Assembly (NCBI GenBank): GCA_002269645.1
Contig: NIVC01001565.1
Coordinates: 1 to 64,000 of the forward strand
Direction: 5' to 3'
Origin: Macrostomum lignano
Lineage: Eukaryota
DNA: 64,000 bases
Both the position numbers and the translations under genes were made by a program. Every line of letters starts with the position of its first letter. The stretch's first letter is position 1. Under the pieces are notes generated by a model. The model was not told where the DNA came from. It worked only from the letters and a program-made list of their open reading frames with translations, and made no database searches. Of this stretch, positions 37,795-49,253 are shown piece after piece.

Positions 37795-38555
37795 GTGAAT
37801 CAGATGTACAATGCAGTCTGAAGGGTGTGCATCAGATGTACAATGCAGTCTGAAGGTGTGCATCAGATGTACAATGCAGTCTGAAGGTGTGCATCAGATG
37901 TACAATGCAGTCTGAAGGTGTGCATCAGATGTACAATGCAGTCTGAAGGTGTGCATCAGATGTACAATGCAGTCTGAAGGTGTGCATCAGATGTACAATG
38001 CAGTCTGAAGGTGTGCATCAGATGTACAATGCAGTCTGAAGGTGTGCATCAGATGTACAATGCAGTCTGAAGGGTGTGCATCAGATGTACAATGCAGTCT
38101 GAAGGGTGTGCATCAGATGTACAATGCAGTCTGAAGGTGTGCATCAGATGTACAATGCAGTCTGAAGGTGTGCATCAGATGTACAATGCAGTCTGAAGGT
38201 GTGCATCAGATGTACAATGCAGTCTGAAGGTGTGCATCAGATGTACAATGCAGTCTGAAGGTGTGCATCAGATGTACAATGCAGTCTGAAGGTGTGCATC
38301 AGATGTACAATGCAGTCTGAAGGGTGTGCATCAGATGTACAATGCAGTCTGAAGGTGTGCATCAGATGTACAATGCAGTCTGAAGGTGTGCATCAGATGT
38401 ACAATGCAGTCTGAAGGTGTGTATCAGATGTACAATGCAGTCTGAAGGTGTGCATCAGATGTACAATGCAGTCTGAAGGTGTGCATCAGATGTACAATGC
38501 AGTCTGAAGGTGTGTATCAGATGTACAATGCAGTCTGAAGGTGTGCATCAGATGT
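37795..38555. repeat. 31-bp minisatellite (GAAGGTGTGCATCAGATGTACAATGCAGTCT)n
   Basis: About 24 near-perfect copies. Confidence 0.96.
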
Positions 38556-38932
38556 TTATCATTTAATAATGCTATTAGAAAGAAAACTACAGAAGGAAAC
38601 AAGACTGTATAAACTTTTCCTCCAAAACGCACAAAAGCCAGAAATAAGCTTTAGAGCATTTTGAATCAACAAATCGTATATATTTTACTAATGTTAAACA
38701 ACTATAAATGCTCCATAGATAAGTTTTAAGCTAGTATATTTGCAAGTGTGAGCAGAGAAAGACTCGGGAAGCATAATTAGATTTTTATACAAACTTGAAC
38801 AGAACTAAATTTAATGCACCTAATTCACTTATATATTACTAACAGTAGCTTATTACAGTAGAAATGCGCATGGCCCTTCTCTGATTGAATCTATCCAGTT
38901 CAGCTACAGTTTAATTGGCTATATAGATAGTT

Positions 38933-39300
38933 TTCTACGATACATATCGGTAGCTACTTTATATTGACACCCGATTCAGCATTTGACAAGTAAAGCTTTC
39001 TATGCAAATTCTAGCTTTATTATATTACTAATAGTAGATTATGACATCAAAAGTTCTTTTCAAAAGCCACCATTCACTTCCAATACGGCAATTTGAAAAA
39101 AGGATTCTACAAAACATATCGGTAGCAAGTCTATATTAACACCATATAAAGCGCTTACAATCAAGTAAAGCTTTGTATGCATATTATTTATTACTAAAAG
39201 TAGGTTATGGCTTCCAAAGTTCTTTTTAGAAGCAGCCATTCAATTCTTATATGGCAATTAAAAAAGGATTCTACAATTCATATCGGTGGTTAGCCGCGGT
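38933..39300. repeat. Diverged about 170-bp tandem duplication
   Basis: TTCTAC....CATATCGG anchors at about 38933, 39106 and 39269, with similar intervening sequence. Confidence 0.7.
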
Positions 39301-39448
39301 AGTTGATACTATTTGAATGCTGCTAAAAGTGTTGTTAAAAAAGCAGAAATGCAGTAAGAAAAATTGGCCTATATTAATCTAAAAAGCTACTTAAAATAAG
39401 TATTCTACGATACATATCGGTAGCGAGTCTATCCGGTTATTAAATAAT

Positions 39449-41036
39449 CTAACTACTCGACTGGCACTCGCTCCAATAGCCGTAGAATTTGGCCTCCTTA
39501 GCCGCCAGCTGGGCCGAGCCCAGCTCCGCCCTCTCCAGCGGGTCAGGCGGCAGCGGCCGCCGCCCAAACGGCTCGAGATCGGCGTAGCATCGATCGAACA
39601 CCCGATTGACGGCCGTCTCCGCCTCGGCCTGTTCGATTCGACGCACCGTCAGCACGGAGTCGACGGCGCGCTGCCGGACCCAGTCGGCGTGACCGCCAGC
39701 CGGCTTCTGCCAGCTAGCCGGCTCAGCCAGGTTGTAGGCACGAATCTGATGCGATTTTATTTATTTTTTATATAAAATACTCATAAAAAACTTACTGCAC
39801 TACTAAGTAGTAAAAATAGCAAAAAAAGACGCACATATAAGCTTAAAATTTTGGTCTATTGGATTAGAAAGAGGACGGAAAACTTCCGCGGAGAGAGAAG
39901 AAAACTACCGCGATTTAAAAAACTCCTTGCTCACCTCTGTGCAGGCCAGCTGATCCAGGCTGCTATCAAAGTCCGCCACGGCTCGGCAAGCGTCGAAGGC
40001 GTGCACCAGCTCGTGGCGCAGGGTGACGCACGGATCTGGCGCCGCTAAACTGGCCGCATTGCTGCACAGCACAATCTGGCTGCTGGCCTGCGATGAAATA
40101 AACATAAAAACACGAAAAATCACTAGGCCGGTTTTCTTTGCTTTCTACTAATCAGTAGAAACAAGAGGACATTATGCTTAACATTGCGCAGAGTGGACCA
40201 GTCTGGAAGATACCCCTCTGCTACGCTAACGTAAGATTAGCGAAAGGAAGAACCACCAGTTAAGGGAGAGAAAGATTCCACCAGAAAATACTCGATGCCA
40301 GAAAGATTCCACTGGAGAGAATCGATGCCAGAAAAATTCCACTGGAGAGAATCGATGCCAGAAAGATTCCACTGGAGAGAATCGATGCCAGAAAAATTCC
40401 CCAGAAAAGAATTGATAAAAGAAAGATTCTCTAGAAAAGAATCGATGCAAAAAAGATTCCCCAAGAGAATCCATGCAAGAAAGATTCCCTAGAAAATAAT
40501 CGATGCAAGAAAGATTCCCCATGAGAGAATCGATACAAGAAAGATTCCCTAGAAAATAGTCGATGCAAGAAAGATTCCCCATGAGAGAATCGATACAAGA
40601 AAGATTCCCTAGAAAAGAATTGATACAAGAAAGATTCCCTAGAAAATAGTCGATGCAAGAAAGATTCCCCATGAGAGAATCGATACAAGAAAGATTCCCT
40701 AGAAAAGAATCGATGCAAGAAAAATTCCCTAGAAAAGAATCGATACAAGAAAGATTCCCTAGAAAAGAATCGATGCAAGAAAGATTCCCCTAAAAGAGAA
40801 TCGATGCAAGAAAGGTGCATGGGAGATCCCTCCGAAGCAAGAATTCTCACCTGATCGAACCCGCCCCTCAGTTTAGCATCATCGCACGGCTCGCAAGCCA
40901 GATGACGCCCAAAGGTCAGCGGGCACTGACGGGAGCGCATGGCCCCAAACAATATTCGACAGAGTGGGTCAGTCAGCAGGCAAGCTTTGGCCGTGTTGAA
41001 GCAGCTTCGTCGCTTGTAGCGCTGCCACAATTCCAT
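39449..41036 (-). CDS. ATP23: Mitochondrial inner membrane protease ATP23 homolog, about 211 aa; exons 41036-40851, 40087-39935, 39745-39449
   Basis: GGFD/..SQIVLC, the HELVHAFD.CRA zinc-binding HExxH motif, LACTE/IRA.NL and C/W.RQRA..SV..VR..AVNRVFDRCYADLEPFGR. Introns are GT-AG, phase 0. The start ATG is inferred. Confidence 0.92.
40270..40815. repeat. 30-bp minisatellite in ATP23 intron 1
   Basis: (AAGAAAGATTCCCTAGAAAAGAATCGATAC)n. Confidence 0.93.
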
Positions 41037-41946
41037 GAGTAACAGAATGGTTAGTTGCACTCTGGTGTGCAAGTGTGCTAATGCATGCTGTAAATTTATG
41101 TATTGTTACATATTTATCAACAACATTAATTATAATCACCACTATGTCAGAGTTTACTAAGCACTAACAATCCTTCATTTAAATTTGCAGACATGAAATG
41201 TAAGGAGTCTAAGTCATTTTTTATCTTGTAAATAAATTAGAAAGTACAAAATTATAATACATTGCTTTTGGTGGCTCTCTATACAATAGAACAGATACCA
41301 AAATAGTTCTACAAAATATGCATCCAACTCTTGCACCATGACCCATGTTTGATTCAATGTATGGCCACATTCATTTGAGGCTTTTGCATGAAAATTTATG
41401 TAATCCATACATATAAAGGCCAACCCCCAATGCACAGTGTATATGCCTAACAATTAGAAAGTCTACTAGGCCACTGTATACCCTGTGTAAGCATGTATAT
41501 GAGTACATGCCTGAGTACATTATTGGCATGCTGGTATATGCTCAGAAGTCAATAGAATAGATAGAATTTCCTCAGTGCTAGCTGTGGGACAGTGCAGATT
41601 AATAGCAAAATGGTTATTTTTAAAGTCAACATATAAAATTACTATCTAGATTAAGTAATAAACATATGATATAGATAAGAGGCTACAAATACATTAATTA
41701 AAAATTTGCAAGTGTTCTTAATATATTAATTCTAAAGTTCTTAAGAGCAACTTCTAGTGATTCTTGTCATTGACCTTAGCTAGCTTAAACTTAAATTCAT
41801 ATTAAATGATTTTTTCTAATGACTAAAAAATAGCCATTTTTCTTTTTATGTATAGTGATTATAAAAATAATAGCTTCCCTATATATATTTGTTAAAATGA
41901 GCAAGTCTATAGCCAATAGATTTTTTGGCAAGATGAAATCACCAAG

Positions 41947-43715
41947 CCCTATTGGAATAAGTTGACAAAACACAGATGACCGTCTGTCGCATTTTCGGAT
42001 TCTCCTAGTGTTGCGTTGCGCGACAGTGGTGTCAAGTGGTGTGTTGCATCATGCAACACTGTGGAAACCTGGTGTGGTGTCATCATGCGTCGCGTCACGC
42101 AATGCGACAGTGTGGCAACTTGGCAGCTGGCAATGTCATGTGTTGCGTTGTGGCCTGGATCTGAAGCCAAAACCTCACAAACTATGTTTCATTGTAATAT
42201 GTTCACGGTTGTTTCTCGGTATTTAAATATTTCAAACATGTTTGATAATAACTAGTTCTTGAATTGTTCTTTTTTATTTTGACAGTAAAGTAACTAATAC
42301 TTTAAATATAATTTTTATAAATATTACTTGTTCGTTACAATGTGTGCACTGTTATTCTAAGTGTTGTACCTTTGTTGTTTTACTCTTTTTTGTTTTTTTT
42401 TAATTTCATTTCTTTTTCCGCGAAATTGAAAGGAATTGTGGTAGGCCGGTCTACCACTGGGGTAAACGATGGCAGGCTTCCAGTGCAGACAATGGCAGGA
42501 CGACCAGCTCAACTCTATCGGGTGACAGATTGATGTCATATTTTTCAATTTTTGCTCTCCTGATTGTTCCCCTGGTTGTCCCCGCCTTTGCTCCCTCATC
42601 TGTTCCTTTTGCTGTTCCTTCCCTTGGCCCCTGTTGTTTTAGTGTTTCCAGTGGCCCGGTTTTCTTGTTTCCCATCGTTGTCCCTTCCCTTGTCCCATCC
42701 TTTGTCTCACCTCTTGGGTCCTCCACGCCAATTTTTTATATATTTACATTGTCATTGGAGTCATTTTCTCCTCCTCCTCCTCCTCCTAGCTCGCTTGCTC
42801 CTCTCCTTTTCATTGTCCGTGTTTAGGTTCGTGTTTTAGTTTGTTTGTTTCTCTGTGGTTTGCTGTTTGCGTTCATTTTGTTTAGTTCCTAGTTTTACTT
42901 TAGTTCTCTCAGCTTGCACTCAGCACGACTGAATCTATCTCGCGTAGTTCTAATATTTAATGACAGTAATAATAATAACAAATATTAAAAAGTTCTTCAA
43001 TAACAATAGTATTTATTCAGTTGTTCCGAATTGAAGCCGATAGTTTTTATTAAGTCATTTGCCCACGGGGCATAAAATAACCAATCAGTCTCATCTCAAA
43101 GAAGCTCTGAGACTCTTAATGTTCCGTAATACAAAATTACGGTGGTGGCAGCGCTACTTTACTACTGATAGTAACAAACCGAGCATGTCGACAGTTCACG
43201 AATTCTACGGTGTCTGAGGACCTAATTTGAACGACTGTGCTGCAAAAGACTGCTCAACTGTGATTACAACTACCCTCCCCCCAGAATTGAGGACCCCAGC
43301 AGACAGAGTAACCAAGGAGAAGAATCAGTGCATCAATTTGAGAAATTTTCCGGCTTTACGAGTGTCAAGACAATGCAGGTGGTGATTCAAACGTGGAATC
43401 TGCCCCACCTCACTGGTGTCGACCAACAACGCAAACCGCCAATTCAAAATTATAAATCTTCTCCACCCCCATCTCAGAATACTCTCGTCCCTTGCCCCAT
43501 GGTCTCAGTGTCGGGAGTGAATGGCAGAACAGGAATTGTCAATTGCAACGTGGCTGCTGTGGCGTCCTCTCCCCCCTGGTCATTAGACATCGGTGTTGCG
43601 TTGCGTGTTGCCACCCCCTAGTCAACAAAATTTGGAGTCGCATTGCGCTTTTGAGGGCACAATTTTGGCACCCGTGTCGCGCATCCGCGGGTTTTTGAAA
43701 CTTATTCCAATAGGG
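41947..43715. mobile_element. Non-autonomous DNA transposon (1.77 kb) with TIRs and 8-bp TSD (hAT- or Mutator-class by TSD length)
   Basis: CCCTATTGGAATAAGTT is inverted at both ends, with TCACCAAG on both flanks (41939-41946, 43716-43723). Subterminal GTTGCGTTGCG/TGCGAC motifs are present. No transposase is recognisable. Confidence 0.85.
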
Positions 43716-44093
43716 TCACCAAGTGCACTAACCAAATGATACAATTTATTGTAAGTGAGCAACAATATCAACTACCCCAACCCTAGGGCTAAAATATCCA
43801 CAGTGTATATTGACATTATACACATGCACAGAGTTAAAATGACAAACAAACTGAAGGAATAAAACAACCCTAACCCCTATGCAAAGACCCAATAATAATG
43901 TTATACTAATTTACAAGGGCTATTTGTTGCAATAATTATATATTCTACTTTTATATTTAAACTGCTAAATATAAAATTAAGCTTAAAGAACATAATTTAA
44001 TGCTTTAGTTGAATAGTGAATAGCTTTTCTATGTCATTTAATTGCTGAGTTATGACTCATTAAGTGACAAGACCACATTCAGGATCATGTAAT

Positions 44094-44937
44094 TGAGGCA
44101 GTGTAATATATCTGCTTTACAGTATGAAATATGGCTTTATTTTTAGTCTACGCAAACAATTGCTTTCTTAGAAATTACTATATTCAAATTTCCGGCAAAT
44201 ATTTTTGTTTTAACGTTGTGTGCGCAAATAATATTGTAGAAAATCAAAGTTTGTTTTAAATATATACGAAATAGTATAAATAGGAGCCCAGATGGGGCCA
44301 AGAAGAGCAACTTGCTCACTTCATTCGCTTGCTTGAATAATATTGAAGCAATAAGTTTACTCAATAAGAAATCTTTAAGCATTCTTATTTGGATTGTTCA
44401 TTTCTATAAGTATTACCCCCGAATTGGGAGAAGATCGCTAACAGCGAGAAATCGCCTAAGGGCAGTAACTGTAAATTCGCCTCAGGGCAAGAGAACCACC
44501 TCATAGCGAGAGAAGATCGCCTCAGGGCAAGGAAAACGCATAGAGCTGTGACCCTCTGATCCAGGGAACGCCCAGGACTGAGAGAATAATACGTTAGGGG
44601 AAGTATAGGAATAGAATAGACAGTGCCAATAGACTGCTCAGGCCAGAAGGTACAATAGAAGTACATACGCTACCAATAGAAGTACATACGCTACCAATAG
44701 AAGTACATGCGCTACCAGTAGAAATACAATTAACAACCAATAGAATTGTTAAGAAGAAATAGCTTTGTAACAACTTTGGTTACAGCGGTAGGATTTTGTA
44801 TCGTACGGGAACACCCTTGGCCTTACGACAACTTTGGTGGCATTTAGTGGGATTCTCATAGGGAGTCAAAAGACCTGTTACAACTTTGGTGGCAGCAAGT
44901 AAGGCTAGACAAAGGAATAAATAAGAGCCCTGGGACA
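44094..44937 (+). mobile_element. Solo LTR A (844 bp, Gypsy-like) with three PBS-like units at its 3' end
   Basis: TG...CA termini, TAAT 4-bp TSD (44090-44093, 44938-44941), TATAAATA at 44275 and homology to 46378-47277. Confidence 0.7.
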
Positions 44938-46377
44938 TAATATATGCCCAAAAATTTGGATGTGCATTGGCCTTGTATGCCAAAAGTTAGATATGCACAA
45001 TTGGTGTACATTATTCCTAAGAAAATAGTGTGCATATATACCTAGTATGCACTTATAGATTCATGCAAAAAAGTTAATGTTAAATAGAAAAAAAAATTAG
45101 AAAGTTTAGTTCAAAGTTCATAAATTTCAAGCTTTCTAGTATTTAAGATTGCAATAAGGCATTTAAACAAAAGTTTGTATATATCAATTTTCTGCTATAA
45201 ATAGTATTAGGCAAAAAAGATAAATAATAAACAAAGTTATTAGCCAAAAGGTCTTTTATGCAATACCAAAAGGGTTATTTACTGTTGCAATTTTTAGTAT
45301 GCATTTGTAACTATTTAATTTTTGTTCAGGTATGTACCTAGCATGATCTGGACTATTGTCACTATGATAATGAGGTTTAAGAAAAGGAATTGCAAATTTG
45401 ACTTAACACTACAAAAACTTTGTCTTTAGCAGATAGTCACAAATATTTTGACTTTTCTTGAGCTTTGTCTATTGATTGAGTGATTTACATGGCAGATTAG
45501 GTCATAAGGAGAAATTCAGGGCTGCTATATATCCAATTCCTATATATATAGCCTATAGGCCTATAGACTATAGTGTCTTTGTATATATGTACTTAGTAAC
45601 TTAGGGATCAATGAATTAGACAGGTCCATGCCTTCTCACTAGGCCTAGCTAGTCAAATTGAAATAGCGATTTTTTCTTGGACCTTATTTGGCTTAGACAG
45701 GAAGCCTGTTTGGCACATATATATCAATGTATTTAATAAAAATTCAAGAATAGAAGAAAAACCTTATGCATAAGTACGAGTTTGCAATAATATAGTATTT
45801 AAAATAAAAAAATGCCTAAATTTTTTCTTTGAAACTTTGAATGAGCTTTAATGACTAACAAAGCAAGAAGTATTTAGGTAAAGAATTAAAAAACAAGTAT
45901 TGTATGCACTTGATATATAGCAATTCAATTAATTGATCCTGTAGGTGATAAAAATAAGTATATAGGTATTAATCAGATAATAACATGATAACATGATATG
46001 ATATTTGAAAGAGTGTCTACCATAGTCAGCAAGGTGGCCTTTTTGCTTGAAAATTCTAGTGTGCATTAGCCATTCATAGTTCATTTGGCGTGAATTTAGC
46101 ATGCTTGAATCTTTAACAAATTGCATTTGGCATATTGTGTACACAACAAAATTGCATTTGGCATACAAAAAAGTGATATACAAAGCTAACTTAAAAAAAC
46201 AAGTATCAATAAGTTTCTGTAACAATAGTATCAATACTTCAAAGAAAAATGATGTGGTTAAAAGATGACGAAAGTACAATTAGAAAAAATTATATTAAAG
46301 AATGTGATAGTGCTTTTTTTAATAACTTAAGTACTAGGACTTTGTGTAACTGCAAGTTATTGTAAAGGAAAAAGGCA

Positions 46378-47277
46378 TGTAACAGGCCTTTTGGCTCTCT
46401 ATGAGAATTCCACCGTTATGCCACCAAGTTGTGGTAGGGGTGTTCCCGTATGATACAAAATCCTACCGCTGTAACCAAGTTGTGGCAGGGGTTACTTTTG
46501 TCTCTAATAATAATTTCACACTGTCACCAAAGTTGTACTAGGGCTAAACTAATCTTTTAAGTTGGTAGCTGCCACCAGGATTATCCTATTAATAAATTGT
46601 GAGTTTATCAATCTTAGAATAATCCGAGAAATGTTTCTTAGAATTGATCTGAGTATATATCTTAGTATTTAGTCTGAGTATTTAGTCTGAGTATTTAGTC
46701 TGAGTATTATTCTTAGAAAAACTGTTAGCCCTGAAAGATTTTACTCTTCTAATTATTCTGGTAGCGTTCTATCTAATAATGGCCTGAGCAGTATTTTAGC
46801 TTACTGGTATATGTATTTCATGTACTTTGCAAGTCCTTGGGCGTTACCGAGATCAGAGGGTCACAGCCTCCGTTATTCTTACACGTATTACTTCAGATCT
46901 ACTTCGCAACTTCTTACTACTCAACACTTTCCTTCTCAGTAGTATATATGGTCCACACTTCCGTCTACTTCACTCTTACTTCTTAAAAGGAATTAACACA
47001 GAAAACACTTCTTCAATTCTTAATTTTCTTGGAACTCTTACTATTCGTTATAACTATATTATTAGTGAACCGCGATGCGCAAGGTTGGTTCTCCCTCTGC
47101 CGAATTTGCTTGTATTTATAGGAAAATTCTAGTAGATTTTAAACAAAAATTAGTTTGCGTAAAATATTATACAAAACATAAGTATTAAAACAAAAATGTG
47201 TTGTAGTTTTTGGCGTGAATTTAAAGTGTAATAAACGATAGCTATTTTTAGAAAGAAATCGGGAGGGGCCCTATACA
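46378..47277 (-). mobile_element. Solo LTR B (900 bp), diverged relative of LTR A, with four PBS-like units
   Basis: Minus-strand TG...CA, imperfect 4-bp TSD (GGCA/GACA on +) and TATAAATA at 47120-47113. It shares GCTGTGACCCTCTGATC (46867-46851 vs 44545-44561) and other blocks in the same order as LTR A. Confidence 0.65.
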
Positions 47278-48582
47278 GACACAAAACTTTTTTGTTATAA
47301 TGTAAATATAAGCATCAAATGTAAAATGAGAAAAAAATGTCCTTAATTGTTGCAGCACAAAAATAAATTTGCATAATTTTTTTTCATTTTGACATACATA
47401 ACAATTGCATTTCCAATTTTTGGCATACTTGGCATATATAGGGACCTCTTCCCTAATTCCAGCATGCATATGCCACCTTCCTGACTATGGAGCATCTAGG
47501 ATTTTAATGGTATTTATGGACAAACTATAACAACCAACAATAGAACAACAAATAATTAAGTAGGGAGTTATAAAACTAGGTACTATATGGCTTTGATATG
47601 TAGTGTAATGTAATTTGGCTTAGGCAAGCAGCCTGTTTAGCCAGTATAGGCTTTGTATTTATAATTTAATTTTTAGTTGCTAGAAATAATTGTTAAATTA
47701 ATTGAGGTAAATTAGTAAAATTACAAAGTATTGCTTTGATTACAAAATAAGATACAAATGAAGTCAGATTGAAAAATTGAAAAAGGTTTTTTAATTAAAT
47801 TAAATTAAGAACAAGTTTTTAAATTACCACAAAAGGTGATAATAAAAGGTTATGAGGTTGTTAATAAAAAATTGGTTGTTCATAAGGACATTATTAATAC
47901 TAGGTGTATGGCTATAATAATAAAAATAAACAAATATTAATATTTATTATTTAGTATGTTTTGAATTTTGAAAAGATGCAAAAATGGTTCATCCAAAATG
48001 CAATTTAAAATAGGTAGGCCTAATTAGGCCTAAGCATTAAACTGTCAATGAAAAATATTGAATATAAGGATTAATAAGTGATTATTGTAAAAATATATTT
48101 GAAATCCTAAAAATGAGCAAATTTTAAGATCTAACAACTTAACAGCGATTTAAATTGGAAATAAAAAAGGTGATGAAAGGTGAAGGTAGGTATGAAGCTT
48201 GATTAGCTGCTTAGCATCTTGCTTCCAAAAAGATTCATAAGGGGCATCTTAGGCCTAATCTAAAAAAGAAGACAATTTTTACTGGTCTTATGCTGAAGTT
48301 TGATACTATTTGCTTTAATGCTCTTTGCATTATCCTAGACAATGGTCAATGGAAAGATGATATGATTATGAATGATTAACAAGTAGATACAAAATTAGTC
48401 TAGTAAGTTTAAGTTAGGCCTAACTACTTTTTTGGCCTAGGCCTTGCCTAATGACAATGTTGATACTAATAATATGAACAAAAAATTCCACTAAACGAAT
48501 GATTGATATAATAAGAATTATCAAATAAATATTCTTGTATTGAACATTATCAAATCACAATATGAAAGCATGCTTACTCTTT

Positions 48583-48842
48583 GGGCCTTTTCATATTGCT
48601 TGCTCTGATTCCAGAACCAGAACCAATTTGTGAAGTATAACTTTTTGTCTCCATAACTAGACGGAGATACGTACTATATAGTTTTTATTATTGAATGACA
48701 ATGGCCAAGAAGAAAGTGAAAAATTGTGCTAAGTTAGGTTGTTAAGGCAGTCAAATATTATCAGAGTTTAATAGTTATACTGCTGTTTTTCTTGGAATTC
48801 CGAACCGATTCTGGTTCTGGAATTGGTAATATGAAAAGGCCC
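48583..48842. mobile_element. 260-bp MITE with GGGCCTTTTCATATT TIRs (PIF/Harbinger-like)
   Basis: 15-bp perfect TIR plus an inverted TTCCAGAACCAGAA block. TTT lies on both flanks (3-bp TSD candidate). Confidence 0.7.
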
Positions 48843-48872
48843 TTTGTCTACCATACAAATTACTATTCGCTA

Positions 48873-49229
48873 TGTAATAGTGCTCAATTTGCGTGCGCGT
48901 GCACTTCTAGTGTTTTCTCCGTATTTCTTTCTGCGTCACCCCACCCCTGCGTATAGCCTTTTCTAGAAATTCCTTTTTGTTTCTGATTGGCTGAAAACGC
49001 GTGAATAACGAGCCCCAACCAATAGAGTGCTTAGTGCCTACCCTATCGGCGAAATCCGATTGGTTAGGATTTTCTAAGCTGCGTTTTTCACCCTGCCCTC
49101 CCCCATCGCGGTCAGTCTATTTAATCAAGCAAGCTGGAACGCAAATAAATCAAGTTTTGAAGTTGAAGTTGAAGTTTTTCTCTGACTAAAGAAGTCCCGG
49201 CAGTTCAAACTCAAGAATACGCGGCTACA
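48873..49229 (+). repeat. 5' LTR of the Gypsy element
   Basis: TGTAATAG...GGCTACA; contains CCAAT boxes, TATTTAA and AATAAA. Confidence 0.96.
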
Positions 49230-49253
49230 TTGGCGACCACGCCAGTTTTCCAC

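Noticed and set aside
44771-46580. CRISPR array interpretation of the CAACTTTGGT repeat-spacer pattern
   Set aside because: The context is eukaryotic, there are no cas genes, the constant part is only about 10 nt, and the pattern is better explained as tRNA PBS units inside LTRs (kept as a finding).
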